A stretch of 55,676 bases of DNA from an uncultured Oscillospiraceae bacterium (GCA_944383205.1 CALWOR010000001.1:1-55676); one strand, 5' to 3'; positions 9,581 through 19,221 are shown, counted from the stretch's first letter. The notes: generated from the letters alone by a model not told the origin. A program made the numbers and translations.

Positions 9581-10387
9581 TCAATGGGCGTCAGGCAGGC
9601 AGCTCAGAATCGCCTGGGCGACGCCTTCCTCCCCGTTGGAGGGGACGATGCGGCAGGAAATATCCTTGACGGCTTTGGCGGCATTGCCCATGGCGATGGG
9701 AGTCCCCACGGCTCGGAGCATAGCCAGATCATTGTCGCTGTCCCCCACTCCGGCGCAGTCGCACAGGGGAACACCATACATCATGGCCAGCAGAGCCAGG
9801 GTCCTGCCTTTGTCCACTCCCTGGGCCACCAGCTCAAAGTCGTGGTCGTTGGAGGCAGTGAGCTGGATTTCAGGCAGCTGGGCCAGCTCTTCCAGGGGAT
9901 AGCGGCCGGGATTCTGATCCCCGTGGATCTTGGTCAGGGGCAGGTTATGCTCTTCCATGTATCCCAGAGGATTGGCGGTCACGATGGTGTTGTCGTGAAA
10001 GGCGGGGAAGGGGTAGGTCTTGAGCAGAGACTGCTTGGAAAAGGGATCGGCTAAAATTTCGTTGCCCGCGAAAATCATCAGCTCGATCTCTTTTCCCAGA
10101 CACAGCTCCAGAGCCTGACGGCCGGAGGGTTCCTCAATGTCCCAGCGGCGAATGACCTGACCGGTGGCGCTGTCGGCCAGCGCCCCGCCGCCCAGAGCAC
10201 AGACCAGACTGTCGCAGCCAGCCTCACGGGCAAACCAAAAGGCCTCGGGAATGGGGCGGCCGGTGTTCAGGACAACGCGAAGGCCGGCAGAACGGGCCTG
10301 GGCAATGGCGGCCTTGGTGGCGGGAGTGACAGCACCGGAGGGATCCAGCAGAGTGCCGTCCAGGTCCAGAGAAATCAGTCGGATCAT
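9581..10387 (-). CDS. Cof-type HAD-IIB hydrolase
   Basis: LDLDGTLL, NTGR, VDKG, GDSDNDLAML, AMGNA. Confidence 0.93.
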   Translation of the reverse strand: MIRLISLDLDGTLLDPSGAVTPATKAAIAQARSAGLRVVLNTGRPIPEAFWFAREAGCDSLVCALGGGALADSATGQVIRRWDIEEPSGRQALELCLGKEIELMIFAGNEILADPFSKQSLLKTYPFPAFHDNTIVTANPLGYMEEHNLPLTKIHGDQNPGRYPLEELAQLPEIQLTASNDHDFELVAQGVDKGRTLALLAMMYGVPLCDCAGVGDSDNDLAMLRAVGTPIAMGNAAKAVKDISCRIVPSNGEEGVAQAILSCLPDAH

Positions 10388-10425
10388 AGTATCTTTTTCA
10401 ACATCCTTGTCTTAAAGTAATTGGG

Positions 10426-12837
10426 TCACAGGAAAAGCAGGCTGCCAAGCTGGTAAACCACCAGGGAGACCACATAGGCGCATCCCAGCTGCCAGGCGAT
10501 GGAGAACAGAGCCCATTTGGGGCTGTTCAGCTCTTTGAAGAGAGTGGAGACTGCGGCCACGCAAGGTACATACAGGAGGATGAACACCAGCATGGAGAAA
10601 GCGGACAGAGGGGTAAATCCGGCCATGGCAGCGGCTACCTGACTGCTGGCGGCGGTAAGGGAAAAGCCGTAGAACATGGACAGGGAGGATACCACCATCT
10701 CCTTGGCGATAAGGCCGGTGAGCAGAGCCACGGCAGCCTGCCAGCGGCCAAATCCCAGAGGTGCAAAGATGGGGGCGATCAGGCTGCCCAGGGCACCCAG
10801 CATGCTTTGGGAGGCGTCGTCCACCATGTGGAGAGAGGAGTCAAAGGACTGCAGCAGCCACAGGATCATGGACATCAGCAGGATCAGGGTGCCCGCCTTG
10901 ATGAGGAAGCCCTTCACCTTCTGCCAAACATGGAGCATAACACTGGACAGAGAGGGCAGACGGTAGGGGGGCAACTCCAGTACAAAGGGGGCTGGCTCCC
11001 CTACAAAAAGAGTCTTTTTAAAAAACAGACCGGAGAGGATGCCCACGATCATGCCGATAATATACAGGCCGAATACCACCAGCCCTGCCCAGGGGCCGAA
11101 GAAGGCGGCGGAAATCAGGCCGTAAACCGGAAGCTTGGCGGAGCAGGACATGAAGGGTACCAAAAGGATGGTCATGCGCCGGTCCTTTTCATTCTCCATG
11201 GTTCGGGCTCCCATGATTGCGGGAACAGAGCAGCCAAAGCCCATGAGCATGGGGATAAAGGCCTTGCCGCTGAGCCCAAACCGCCGCAGGGCCCGGTCCA
11301 TAATGAAGGCAGCCCGGGACATGTAGCCCGAATCCTCCAGAAGAGAGAGAAACAGGAACAGCAGGGCGATTTGGGGCAGGAAGGTAAGAACTCCTCCCAC
11401 GCCGGCGATGATGCCGTCGCAGATCAGGGAGACCAGTACATAGGAGACGCCCAGATTAGTCAGGGTAAGGCCCAGCCAGGAATCAAATGCGTCAATGGCA
11501 GCACCCACCAGATCAGACAGCCAGGACCCAAAAGGACCGAAAGTGATGACGAACATCACCAGCATGGTGCACAGGAACAGGGGAATGGCAAAGACACGGT
11601 GAGTGACCACCTTGTCGATTTTTTCCGTCAGAGTGAGCTCTCCCGCCTTCTGCCCCTTGGTCACCGAGGCGGAGACCACCTTTTCAATGTACTGGTAGCG
11701 GCTGTCGGCGATGAGGGTCTCCCGGTCGCCCAGGTCGCTGGAATTTTCATACTCCGCTACGATGCCGTCCAGCTGCTGCTGTACGGAGGCGGGGAGATGC
11801 AGAGCCTCCTGGACCACCTGGTCCCCTTCCAGCAGCTTGATGGAGGCCCAGTGGGCGGGGAGACGGGCGGCGTAGGCATAGTCGTGTATGAGCTCGCCCA
11901 TGCGATGGTGGATGTCGTGGGTATAGTCGTCGTAAAGGTCATCGGGCTCCACGGTAAAGCCCAGGTGCATCTGCCGGTGGGCGGTGTGGAGAAGCTTTTC
12001 CAGCCCCTCCCCTGTCCTGGCGGTGATGGGCACCACAGGGATTCCAAGCTCCTTGGACAGGCGGTCCACATCGATCCGGTCGCCCCGCTTTTCTACTTCG
12101 TCCATAAAGTTCAGAGCCAGCACGGTAGGGCGCTCCAGCTCCAGCAGCTGGACAGTGAGATAGAGGTTGCGTTCCAGATTGGTGGAATCCACAATGTCGA
12201 TAATACAGTCGGGGGCTTCGCCGATAATAAAATCCCGGGCCACGATCTCCTCCATAGAGTAGGGGGACAAGGAGTAGATGCCCGGCAGGTCCACCACCGT
12301 GAGGGTCTTATCCCCCAGGTGGGCCGTGCCTTCCTTCTTCTCTACCGTGACTCCCGGCCAGTTGCCTACATATTGGTTGGAGCCGGTGAGGGCGTTAAAG
12401 AGGGTGGTCTTGCCGCAGTTGGGGTTTCCGGCCAGGGCAATGCGCATGGGACGGCTGTCATGGGCGGCGGAATCATACCGGGCCCCGTGGACTTCCAGCT
12501 CGTGGGCGTGGTCCTCCATCTGCCGCCGGGCAGCCTCCGGATCGGAGACATGGCGGGTCATGGCGCTTCGGGCAGCGTTTGGAATCCGTCGGGGCTGGCC
12601 CATGGTGATCTGGGCGGCGTCCGACTTCCGCAGGGAGAGCTCATAGCCCCGGAGGCTGACCTCCAGGGGATCGCCCAGAGGGGCGATTTTCGTAACGGTG
12701 ACCTGGGTGCCGGGGGTGAGGCCCATGTCCACCAGGCGGCGCTTTACCGCCCCGGACTGGTTGCCCACGGACAGAATGGTGCCGCTCTGTCCCGGCTTCA
12801 GGTCGTTCAATGTGCTTGGAGATGAGTGCTTTTCCAT
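10426..12837 (-). CDS. feoB: Ferrous iron transporter, FeoA-FeoB fusion
   Basis: N-terminal FeoA (RRLVDMGLTPG...APLGDP...LSLRKSDA), G1 GNPNCGKTT, NWPGVTVE, DLPG, NFMD, membrane part with GFGCSVP and FMSCSAKLP. Confidence 0.96.
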   Translation of the reverse strand: MEKHSSPSTLNDLKPGQSGTILSVGNQSGAVKRRLVDMGLTPGTQVTVTKIAPLGDPLEVSLRGYELSLRKSDAAQITMGQPRRIPNAARSAMTRHVSDPEAARRQMEDHAHELEVHGARYDSAAHDSRPMRIALAGNPNCGKTTLFNALTGSNQYVGNWPGVTVEKKEGTAHLGDKTLTVVDLPGIYSLSPYSMEEIVARDFIIGEAPDCIIDIVDSTNLERNLYLTVQLLELERPTVLALNFMDEVEKRGDRIDVDRLSKELGIPVVPITARTGEGLEKLLHTAHRQMHLGFTVEPDDLYDDYTHDIHHRMGELIHDYAYAARLPAHWASIKLLEGDQVVQEALHLPASVQQQLDGIVAEYENSSDLGDRETLIADSRYQYIEKVVSASVTKGQKAGELTLTEKIDKVVTHRVFAIPLFLCTMLVMFVITFGPFGSWLSDLVGAAIDAFDSWLGLTLTNLGVSYVLVSLICDGIIAGVGGVLTFLPQIALLFLFLSLLEDSGYMSRAAFIMDRALRRFGLSGKAFIPMLMGFGCSVPAIMGARTMENEKDRRMTILLVPFMSCSAKLPVYGLISAAFFGPWAGLVVFGLYIIGMIVGILSGLFFKKTLFVGEPAPFVLELPPYRLPSLSSVMLHVWQKVKGFLIKAGTLILLMSMILWLLQSFDSSLHMVDDASQSMLGALGSLIAPIFAPLGFGRWQAAVALLTGLIAKEMVVSSLSMFYGFSLTAASSQVAAAMAGFTPLSAFSMLVFILLYVPCVAAVSTLFKELNSPKWALFSIAWQLGCAYVVSLVVYQLGSLLFL

Positions 12838-12884
12838 ATATGATCGTCTCCGATATCCAGTAGACTGTGTGTGCGTACTCTGCT

Positions 12885-12913
12885 ATTGTAGCGAACATCC
12901 CGGTGTTTTTCAA
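12885..12913 (-). promoter_or_regulatory. sigmaA-type promoter of feoAB
   Basis: TTGAAA-N17-TACAAT on the minus strand. Confidence 0.7.
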
Positions 12914-13003
12914 GGGATTTGCACCTTGATACCCCACAAAAGACATGGAAAAACAAAGAAAAATATGGATAAAACAGAAAAAGCCCCATGGGCCGTCAGA
13001 AAG

Positions 13004-13044
13004 AAAAACTCCCATAGCGCCCACGGTTGTGGGAGCTATGGGAG
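13004..13044 (-). terminator. Terminator after the LCP gene
   Basis: CTCCCATAGC...GCTATGGGAG stem followed by a T-tract on the minus strand. Confidence 0.8.
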
Positions 13045-13050
13045 CGGGGG

Positions 13051-14247
13051 TCAGTAATAGTAGCTGTCCGCCGAGACGATATTCATATCTTCAAGTGTCA
13101 GATCCCGGGTATAGGGATTGATCAGCCGGTTGACCGTCTCTACCGCTTTTTCCGCATCCAGTTCGTAGCACCAGGTATACCCATTGTAGTTGGCGTCCCC
13201 CCTGCCTTCCAGCGTGGCGGTCTCCACCCCGGTAGAAAGATCCAGATCCACTGCCTTCTGGGCCAGCCACAGCATCTCGCTGAGTTTCAGGTCGGTTTCC
13301 ACATTTTCGTTAAAAATCTCCACAAAGCCGCTGATTTTGGTCAGACTGTCCCAGGACAGCACTTTCTTGGCCAAATTTGTGAGCAGCTGCTGCTGCAGTT
13401 GAGTGCGCTGGACATCGCTGTACCACTGGTTGGCGTCATAATTGGGACTGTTTTTGTTATCGTGGCGGTAACGAACCGCCTCCATTGCTCCCTGTCCGTC
13501 CAGCAGGTGGGTGCCCTTGGTAAAGTGAATGTGCAGTTCCTGGCCGGGAGTTGGATCGTCATAATTCATATCCAGGGGGATGTCCAGTTCCACGCCGCCC
13601 AGATAGTCTACCAAAGAGATGAAGCCATTGATGTCTACCTTCACATAGTAGTCAATGGGGACGCCCAGCATATGGTAGATATCTTCCATGCGCTGGGTGA
13701 CGCCGCCGGAGCCGTAGGCCAGCTTGGCATGTCCGTCCCGCTGGGTAATGGTATCCCGGGGAACAGAAACTACACCCACCTTCTGATTGGCGGTATCATA
13801 GCACATGACCATCATGGTATCGGTGCGGTAGCCCTCCTTATCAGTTCCGGCCAGAAGAATGGTAAACACATCCTCCCGCCGCACCAGGGCGTTGGGGTCC
13901 TCCTGACTGGTATCGGCGTCGGTGTCGCCCACAGGAATGGGATCCGGTGTGTTGTCTATGGAGGGCTTCTGCTCCAGGGGCTTACTCATCAGCTGAAGGC
14001 CGATATAGGCCGCCACAATGAGAGCGGACACGACCACCAGGGCTTTGTAGAAACCGAAACCGATGGAAGCGGCTCGGGAGCGTCTGGGCCTTGCCTTTTG
14101 CCGGGCACCTGCCGGGCGTGCGGTTTTATTTCGTTTTTTCGGGGGCTCGTTCCGGTCGCCCTCGGGCCGCTTCACAGCGGCCCTGGAGCGGGGAGCCGCC
14201 TCCTGCCGCTTGCTTGGCATGTGTAAATATCTTTCTTCCAGGGTCAT
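13051..14247 (-). CDS. LCP (LytR-CpsA-Psr) family cell-wall polymer ligase
   Basis: Basic N-terminus, one TM helix, ILLAGTD, RTDTMM, VSVPRDT, VDYLGGV, RYRH, DVQRTQLQQ. Confidence 0.94.
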   Translation of the reverse strand: MTLEERYLHMPSKRQEAAPRSRAAVKRPEGDRNEPPKKRNKTARPAGARQKARPRRSRAASIGFGFYKALVVVSALIVAAYIGLQLMSKPLEQKPSIDNTPDPIPVGDTDADTSQEDPNALVRREDVFTILLAGTDKEGYRTDTMMVMCYDTANQKVGVVSVPRDTITQRDGHAKLAYGSGGVTQRMEDIYHMLGVPIDYYVKVDINGFISLVDYLGGVELDIPLDMNYDDPTPGQELHIHFTKGTHLLDGQGAMEAVRYRHDNKNSPNYDANQWYSDVQRTQLQQQLLTNLAKKVLSWDSLTKISGFVEIFNENVETDLKLSEMLWLAQKAVDLDLSTGVETATLEGRGDANYNGYTWCYELDAEKAVETVNRLINPYTRDLTLEDMNIVSADSYYY

Positions 14248-14273
14248 TCCCTCCCGGTTGCTGATTCCAGATT

Positions 14274-14302
14274 AGTATACCGACTCCGGCGTTTTTCGGC
14301 AA
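14274..14302 (-). promoter_or_regulatory. sigmaA-type promoter of the LCP gene
   Basis: TTGCCG-N17-TATACT. Confidence 0.65.
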
Positions 14303-14466
14303 GAGAAAATAGCCTATTCATAAAAATTTAAGAATTATGTCACCCACACAGTCCCCATATTTAAGATGAAAAAATTTGCCGGATCGTGACACTGTCCCCC
14401 CAAATTTTTTTGTTGCGGTGATTGGTCTTGCCGGTTGTTTCCGGCCTCTTTGGAAGGAGGTGCGAC

Positions 14467-14501
14467 AAAATTTTGCCCGGTCCTCGTGGAACCGGGCAAA
14501 A
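14467..14501 (-). terminator. Terminator after the MATE gene
   Basis: TTTTGCCCGGT / ACCGGGCAAAA inverted repeat just past the stop codon. Confidence 0.65.
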
Positions 14502-14507
14502 CAGAAC

Positions 14508-15896
14508 TCAAATGGGATTTTTTTGAAGCTCCAGCACCTCGTCTGTCACAGAGGGATAGAGCTTTCTCAGCCGGGCAATACAGGCCATGCTGGCAGGAAT
14601 CAAAAACAGGTCGGCACAGATCCAGGCTGCGGGGGAGGCAAAGCAGGCGGCAGTGAAGCCGAACAGGGGCACCAGACACAGACCCACCACCGTCCGGGCG
14701 GCCATCTCCAGCACCCCGGCCAGAATGGCGAAGGTACTGTACCCCATTCCCTGGATGGAAAAGCGGACGATATTGACCAGGGCAAGGGGGAAGAAGAAAG
14801 CGGTGAGGGTGACCATGTATTGGCTGGTCAGCGATACCAGATGTACCAACTCGCTTTCTCCCGGATTCAGGAAGAACATGGCAAACTGCGGGGCAAAGAG
14901 GAGCATTGCTCCGAAGGCAATCAGAGCATAAATCAGGCCCAGCAGAGAGCAGGAACGGATGCCCTGGCCCAGCCGGTCCAGCTTGCAGGCCCCCACATTT
15001 TGGCCGCAGTAGGTGGCCATGGTGGCGCCCATGGCGTCAAAGGGACAGGCGAAGAGCTGGAATAGCTTGGCTCCGGCAGCTACGGCAGCCACATAGAGGC
15101 TGCCCAGGGTGTTGACGGCGGACTGAAGGACGATGGAGCCCACGGCGGTGACGGAGTACTGAAGTCCCATGGGGATGCCCATAGCGCACAGCACCCCGCA
15201 GGAGTGGAGGTCCAGCCGACGCTCTTCCCGGGTCATACGCAGGATCGGGTAGGCCTTCCTCATATACAAAAGACAAGCCAGCCCCGAGATCCCCTGGGAG
15301 ACCACCGTGGCAATGGCCGCTCCGGCCACCCCGGCGTCAAACCACAAAATGAGGGCGAAGTCCAGAAAAATATTCAGAAAGGAGGACAAGGCCAAAAAAT
15401 AGACCGGCGTCTTGCTGTCCCCCAGAGAGCGGATCACCCCGGCCAGAAGGTTATAGAGAAAGGTGGTGGGGATGCCCATGAAGATGACAAAAATATAGGC
15501 GTTGGCATTGTCAAAGATGTCGGCGGGGGTACGCATAACGGTCAGAATGGTGCGGCAGAGAAGGCCGGTGGCCACCGTAAGCACCAGGGCAAAGACGGCA
15601 GCCAGATAGGCGGCGTTGGCCACATACCGGCGCATTTTGGAGGGCTCATTGGCCCCCATCCGCTGGGCCACCGGGATGGCAAAGCCATTGCAGACTCCCA
15701 TGCAGAAGCCGATGACAAAGAAGTTGATGGAGCCGGTGGAGCCCACAGCGGCCAGAGCCTGGGCGCCCAGAAGCTTGCCCACGATCATGGTATCCACCAG
15801 ATTGTAAAACTGCTGAAACAGCATACCGAACAGGGTGGGCAGAGCAAAGCCGATGATCAGGCGCATGGGATTGCCCACCGTGAGATTTTTGGTCAT
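14508..15896 (-). CDS. MATE family efflux transporter
   Basis: QQFYNLVDTMIVG, ALAAVG, GDSKTP, GVAGAAIATVVSQ, GQNVGA; about 12 hydrophobic segments. Confidence 0.95.
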   Translation of the reverse strand: MTKNLTVGNPMRLIIGFALPTLFGMLFQQFYNLVDTMIVGKLLGAQALAAVGSTGSINFFVIGFCMGVCNGFAIPVAQRMGANEPSKMRRYVANAAYLAAVFALVLTVATGLLCRTILTVMRTPADIFDNANAYIFVIFMGIPTTFLYNLLAGVIRSLGDSKTPVYFLALSSFLNIFLDFALILWFDAGVAGAAIATVVSQGISGLACLLYMRKAYPILRMTREERRLDLHSCGVLCAMGIPMGLQYSVTAVGSIVLQSAVNTLGSLYVAAVAAGAKLFQLFACPFDAMGATMATYCGQNVGACKLDRLGQGIRSCSLLGLIYALIAFGAMLLFAPQFAMFFLNPGESELVHLVSLTSQYMVTLTAFFFPLALVNIVRFSIQGMGYSTFAILAGVLEMAARTVVGLCLVPLFGFTAACFASPAAWICADLFLIPASMACIARLRKLYPSVTDEVLELQKNPI

Positions 15897-16044
15897 AAGG
15901 TCTCCTTTCCATGCAGGAGCGCCCTCCTGCTTCTTTCATGGATTTCTCAAATATCCGTATCATTATAGCCACGATGGTCCCCACTGCATAGAGATTTTTT
16001 CCACAAAATTGAAGCCGCAGAGCGGCCCATCTTTCCTCAAAATG

Positions 16045-16070
16045 AAAAGAGGAGGACTTTCGTCCTCCCC
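16045..16070 (-). terminator. Terminator of the XRE pseudogene
   Basis: Minus strand GGGGAGGAC-GAAA-GTCCTCCTC-TTTT. Confidence 0.7.
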
Positions 16071-16072
16071 GT

Positions 16073-16285
16073 TCAGGGTTTCTGCTTTGGGCTGTCCCGG
16101 CCTACCAGATAATCCAGGGTGACCTGGTAGTAGTCGGCCGGCTTGATCAGGGCCTCAATGGGAATGTCGATTTTCCCCAGCTCATATTTGGAATATGTGG
16201 TCTGCTTCACATCCAAATATTCGGCAAGCTTCTGCTGCTTTCAGTCCTGGTCCTCCCGCAGCTCCCGAACCCGTTTTATCAGCGT
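16073..16285 (-). pseudogene. XRE/Cro-type HTH regulator with an in-frame stop
   Basis: Manual translation (T)LIKRVRELREDQD*KQQKLAEYLDVKQTTYSKYELGKIDIPIEALIKPADYYQVTLDYLVGRDSPKQKP*; TGA at 16241-16243; no ATG start (ACG/CTG after AAGGAA). Confidence 0.85.
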
Positions 16286-16310
16286 ATTTCCTTACCCGGG
16301 ATCAGTATAT

Positions 16311-16356
16311 AACAGTCTCTTTACGACTGTTAACTTTTAGTCGCAATGTGACTAAA
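16311..16356. promoter_or_regulatory. Two tandem palindromic operators (AGTC-N7-GACT)
   Basis: AACAGTC-tctttac-GACTGTT (16311-16331) and TTTAGTC-gcaatgt-GACTAAA (16336-16356) between divergent genes. Confidence 0.7.
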
Positions 16357-16376
16357 TTCTTGGTGAGGTGACGATT

Positions 16377-16571
16377 ATGTGTACATCCTTCTCCACCGAG
16401 AAAAAGCTCTGCTGCACCTGCGCCCACTTTTTCCGCCGCTACACCAAGGGCCCCAGAAGCCACATCCCCACTGACTTCGGCCACTGCCCCTATCCCCGCA
16501 TCAAAATCCGTACTCTCCGGGACACCTGTCCCCGCTGGAAGTCCGCAAAAAACAGCCCCTCCCGGTCCTGA
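16377..16571 (+). CDS. Small Cys-rich, putative zinc-binding protein (64 aa)
   Basis: RBS GGTGAGGTGA before ATG 16377; CCTCAHF...GHC...TCPRW; followed by a terminator. Confidence 0.65.
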   Translation: MCTSFSTEKKLCCTCAHFFRRYTKGPRSHIPTDFGHCPYPRIKIRTLRDTCPRWKSAKNSPSRS

Positions 16572-16590
16572 GCCGGAAGGAGCTGTTTTG
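16547..16590. terminator. Bidirectional terminator
   Basis: AAAACAGC.CCT.CCGG / CCGG.AGG.GCTGTTTT. Confidence 0.75.
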
Positions 16591-16593
16591 ATA

Positions 16594-18438
16594 TTATGCG
16601 CTCTTTGCCATTCGGCGGCAGGCCAGGGCGGTAGCCAGAAAGTAACCGCCGTAAACTACCACCAGCACCAGTGCGGTGGCGGTACTGCTGGCTACGCTGT
16701 CCACTTTTCCCGCAGTGGCGATGAGATCGTTGGCGGCCTTCATCCCTACCACACTGTGGATCAGAGCCAGGACCAGGGGGAGCAGAAAGGCCAGGGCCAC
16801 TTGCTGGGAGGCGGAACGGGCCACCAGCTTTTCTTCTGCGCCAAGACGGCGCAGGAGTGCGTACCGCCCGGCGTTGTCCGCCGCCTGGCTGAGCTGCTGA
16901 AGGGCCAGCACTGCCGCCGCGGCCAGCAGGAAGGTAAAGCCCAGGTAGAGCCCCAAAAAGAGAGCCAAAATCTTGCTGCCCATCAGATCCTGATAAATGG
17001 CGAGACGGGTGGTGATCCAGGAGGCGAAGGGAAACTCAATGGACCGGATGGTATCCATGAGCGCATCTTCCGTCGCCTCCTTGTCTCCTATATAGTCCGC
17101 CGACCAGATCTGGCGGCGGGGTGAAAGCTCCCGGGCCATGTCATCGGGGATGAGGACATAGGAGAGCCCCAGGCTCCCAGTGGTCAGTCCCTTGTCCCAG
17201 TCCTCCATTTCGTGGGGCAGGGGACCGGAGTAGGCCGGTGTTCCCTGGCGGGCCATCAAGGCGTCGTAGTCGGACACCTTCAAGGCCGCGCTGGGGCCGT
17301 CCACGCCGGTGATGTCCGGGTCATTATAATAAAAGACCGAGGTACAGCTCCAGGCCAGCTTGTTTTCGGTATCAAAGCCCGCCTCGTTGAGCAACTGTTC
17401 AAAGTCTACCAGCTCCTCCTCGCCGGAGAGGTTTTGAATGGTAATATCAAAGGGGGCCTGATATCCGCTGGTAGAAGCGATGGTATTGTTGAGGCCCACG
17501 GAGCTGGCGGTAATGCCAATGGCCAGCAGCAGGAGGATGCACACCACGGTCTGGGCCAGATAGGTGGTGTGTACCTTGCTGAGCCACTGCCGAAGGGTAA
17601 AGAGATTGAGGTTTTTATAATAGAGAGTGGGATGGCTTTGGACCAATTTAATGACAAAGCCGGACAGAGATCGGAAAATCAGAAGAGTGCCCACAGTTCC
17701 AAGGGTCAGCATGGGGATACAGATGGGCAATACCGCCACCGCAATGGCCATGCCAAAGGTGAGCAGAGTTGCGTAGGCTGCCCCCAGGCAGAGAATGCCC
17801 GCAGCCAGCTGGATGACTGCCGGGGTGAGGGAGCGCACCTTCAGGACCTCGTTTTTTCGCTGGCTGTGGATGAGATCAATGAGGCGGCTGCGGCTGACCC
17901 GGAGGCCGCTGAGCATCATCACCAGCAAAAAGATCAACCCAAAGTAAAGCAGTGTTTTTCCTGCGGCTTTGAGTGAGAAATTTAGCCCCAGCATCCCGGA
18001 CACATCCAGCTGAAACATGGACAGGGTCAGGGCGGACAGACCGAAAGAGGCCAATATTCCCAGTGCCAGCCCGGCTGCCAGGGAAATAAGACCGATGACT
18101 CCAGTTTCCAAGAACAGCAGCCTGGACACCTGCCACTGGGAGAGGCCCAACAGCAAATAGGTCCCAAGCTCCCGCTTTCGCCGCCGCAGAAGAAAGCCGT
18201 TGGCGTATAGGATGAGACATGCCAGCACCACCGCCACAAAGATGGAGAACACATTTACCAGGATGGTGATGACCTCCACCATCGGGTGTTCCCGTTGGGC
18301 CAGATAGGCCATGGCACCCTGCCCTTCAATGGAATTGAAAGTATAAAACAGGCATACACCGAAGGTAAGGGTGAGAAAATAGATCCCATAGTCCCGAAAG
18401 GAGCGGCGCACATTGCGCAAGGCCAGCTTAGAGAACAT
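16594..18438 (-). CDS. BceB-like (FtsX domain) ABC permease, peptide-resistance type
   Basis: KLALRNVRRSFRDYGIYF, RRRKRELGTYLLLG, large extracellular loop, YALLRRLG. Confidence 0.92.
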   Translation of the reverse strand: MFSKLALRNVRRSFRDYGIYFLTLTFGVCLFYTFNSIEGQGAMAYLAQREHPMVEVITILVNVFSIFVAVVLACLILYANGFLLRRRKRELGTYLLLGLSQWQVSRLLFLETGVIGLISLAAGLALGILASFGLSALTLSMFQLDVSGMLGLNFSLKAAGKTLLYFGLIFLLVMMLSGLRVSRSRLIDLIHSQRKNEVLKVRSLTPAVIQLAAGILCLGAAYATLLTFGMAIAVAVLPICIPMLTLGTVGTLLIFRSLSGFVIKLVQSHPTLYYKNLNLFTLRQWLSKVHTTYLAQTVVCILLLLAIGITASSVGLNNTIASTSGYQAPFDITIQNLSGEEELVDFEQLLNEAGFDTENKLAWSCTSVFYYNDPDITGVDGPSAALKVSDYDALMARQGTPAYSGPLPHEMEDWDKGLTTGSLGLSYVLIPDDMARELSPRRQIWSADYIGDKEATEDALMDTIRSIEFPFASWITTRLAIYQDLMGSKILALFLGLYLGFTFLLAAAAVLALQQLSQAADNAGRYALLRRLGAEEKLVARSASQQVALAFLLPLVLALIHSVVGMKAANDLIATAGKVDSVASSTATALVLVVVYGGYFLATALACRRMAKSA

Positions 18439-19198
18439 CCGCCATCTCTCCTCCCATTTCCGTCACTACCCGAATGATTTTTTGGAAAAAGGATCGGCGG
18501 TCGTCTCCCTGCCGCCGAATCTCCAAATAGATCTGGCCGTCCCGGAGAAAGACCACTCTGCTGCAGCAGCTGGCGGTGAAGGCGTCGTGGGTGACCATCA
18601 GGATGGTGGCGCCCATGTCCCGGTTCAGCTTTTCCAGGCAGTCCAAAAGCAGTCTGGCGGATTTGGAGTCCAGTGCTCCGGTGGGCTCGTCGGCCAGCAC
18701 AAGGGCGGGGTGGGTGATCATGGCTCGGGCGGCGGCACAGCGCTGCTGCTGTCCACCGGACATCTGGTAGGGATATTTATTCAGACAGTCACCAATCCCC
18801 AAAAGCTCAGCCATCTCTTTGACCCGCCCGGGGATCTGTCCTGCGGGGGCCCGTACCACAGACAGGGCCAGGGCAATGTTTTCTCCGGCAGTGAGGGTAT
18901 CCAGCAGGTTACAGTCCTGAAAAATGAACCCCAGCCGCTCCCGGCGAAATTTTGCCAGGTCCTTCCCCTTAAGTCCGGAGAGGACCTTTCCGTCAATGAC
19001 GATGCTTCCTGAGGTGGGACGGTCTATGGTGGATACGCAATTGAGAAGGGTAGTCTTGCCCGACCCGGAGGGGCCCATCACGCCCACAAATTCTCCGGAC
19101 TTCAGGGAAAGGGACACGCCGTCCAGGGCTTTGGTCACGGCGCTTCCTTTCCCATAGCTCCGTTTCAGGTCAGTCACCTTTAAAATTTCTTCCATCAT
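18428..19198 (-). CDS. BceA-like ABC ATP-binding protein
   Basis: GPSGSGKTTLLN, MSGGQQQR, ADEPTGALDSKS, MVTHDAFTAS. Confidence 0.95.
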   Translation of the reverse strand: MMEEILKVTDLKRSYGKGSAVTKALDGVSLSLKSGEFVGVMGPSGSGKTTLLNCVSTIDRPTSGSIVIDGKVLSGLKGKDLAKFRRERLGFIFQDCNLLDTLTAGENIALALSVVRAPAGQIPGRVKEMAELLGIGDCLNKYPYQMSGGQQQRCAAARAMITHPALVLADEPTGALDSKSARLLLDCLEKLNRDMGATILMVTHDAFTASCCSRVVFLRDGQIYLEIRRQGDDRRSFFQKIIRVVTEMGGEMADVL

Positions 19199-19221
19199 GG
19201 TCCTCCTAAGTTCTCAGACGC

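Noticed and set aside
10807-12825. 672-aa ORF antisense to feoB, and similar long ORFs antisense to PBP2 (45315-47714), the rlhA-like gene and the kinase
   Set aside because: Same shadow-frame artefact; each fully overlaps a well-supported gene
14317-14367. TTCATA/TTAAGA/GTCACC at 11-bp spacing with a downstream TAAGAT, resembling the sRNA promoter boxes
   Set aside because: Middle half-site is poor, the -10 offset is 23 bp instead of 25-26, and no clear transcript unit follows
16241-16243. In-frame TGA read as selenocysteine or programmed readthrough
   Set aside because: The position is not a Cys site in XRE proteins, and the gene has other lesions (lost ATG, Pro in a helix); decay is the simpler explanation
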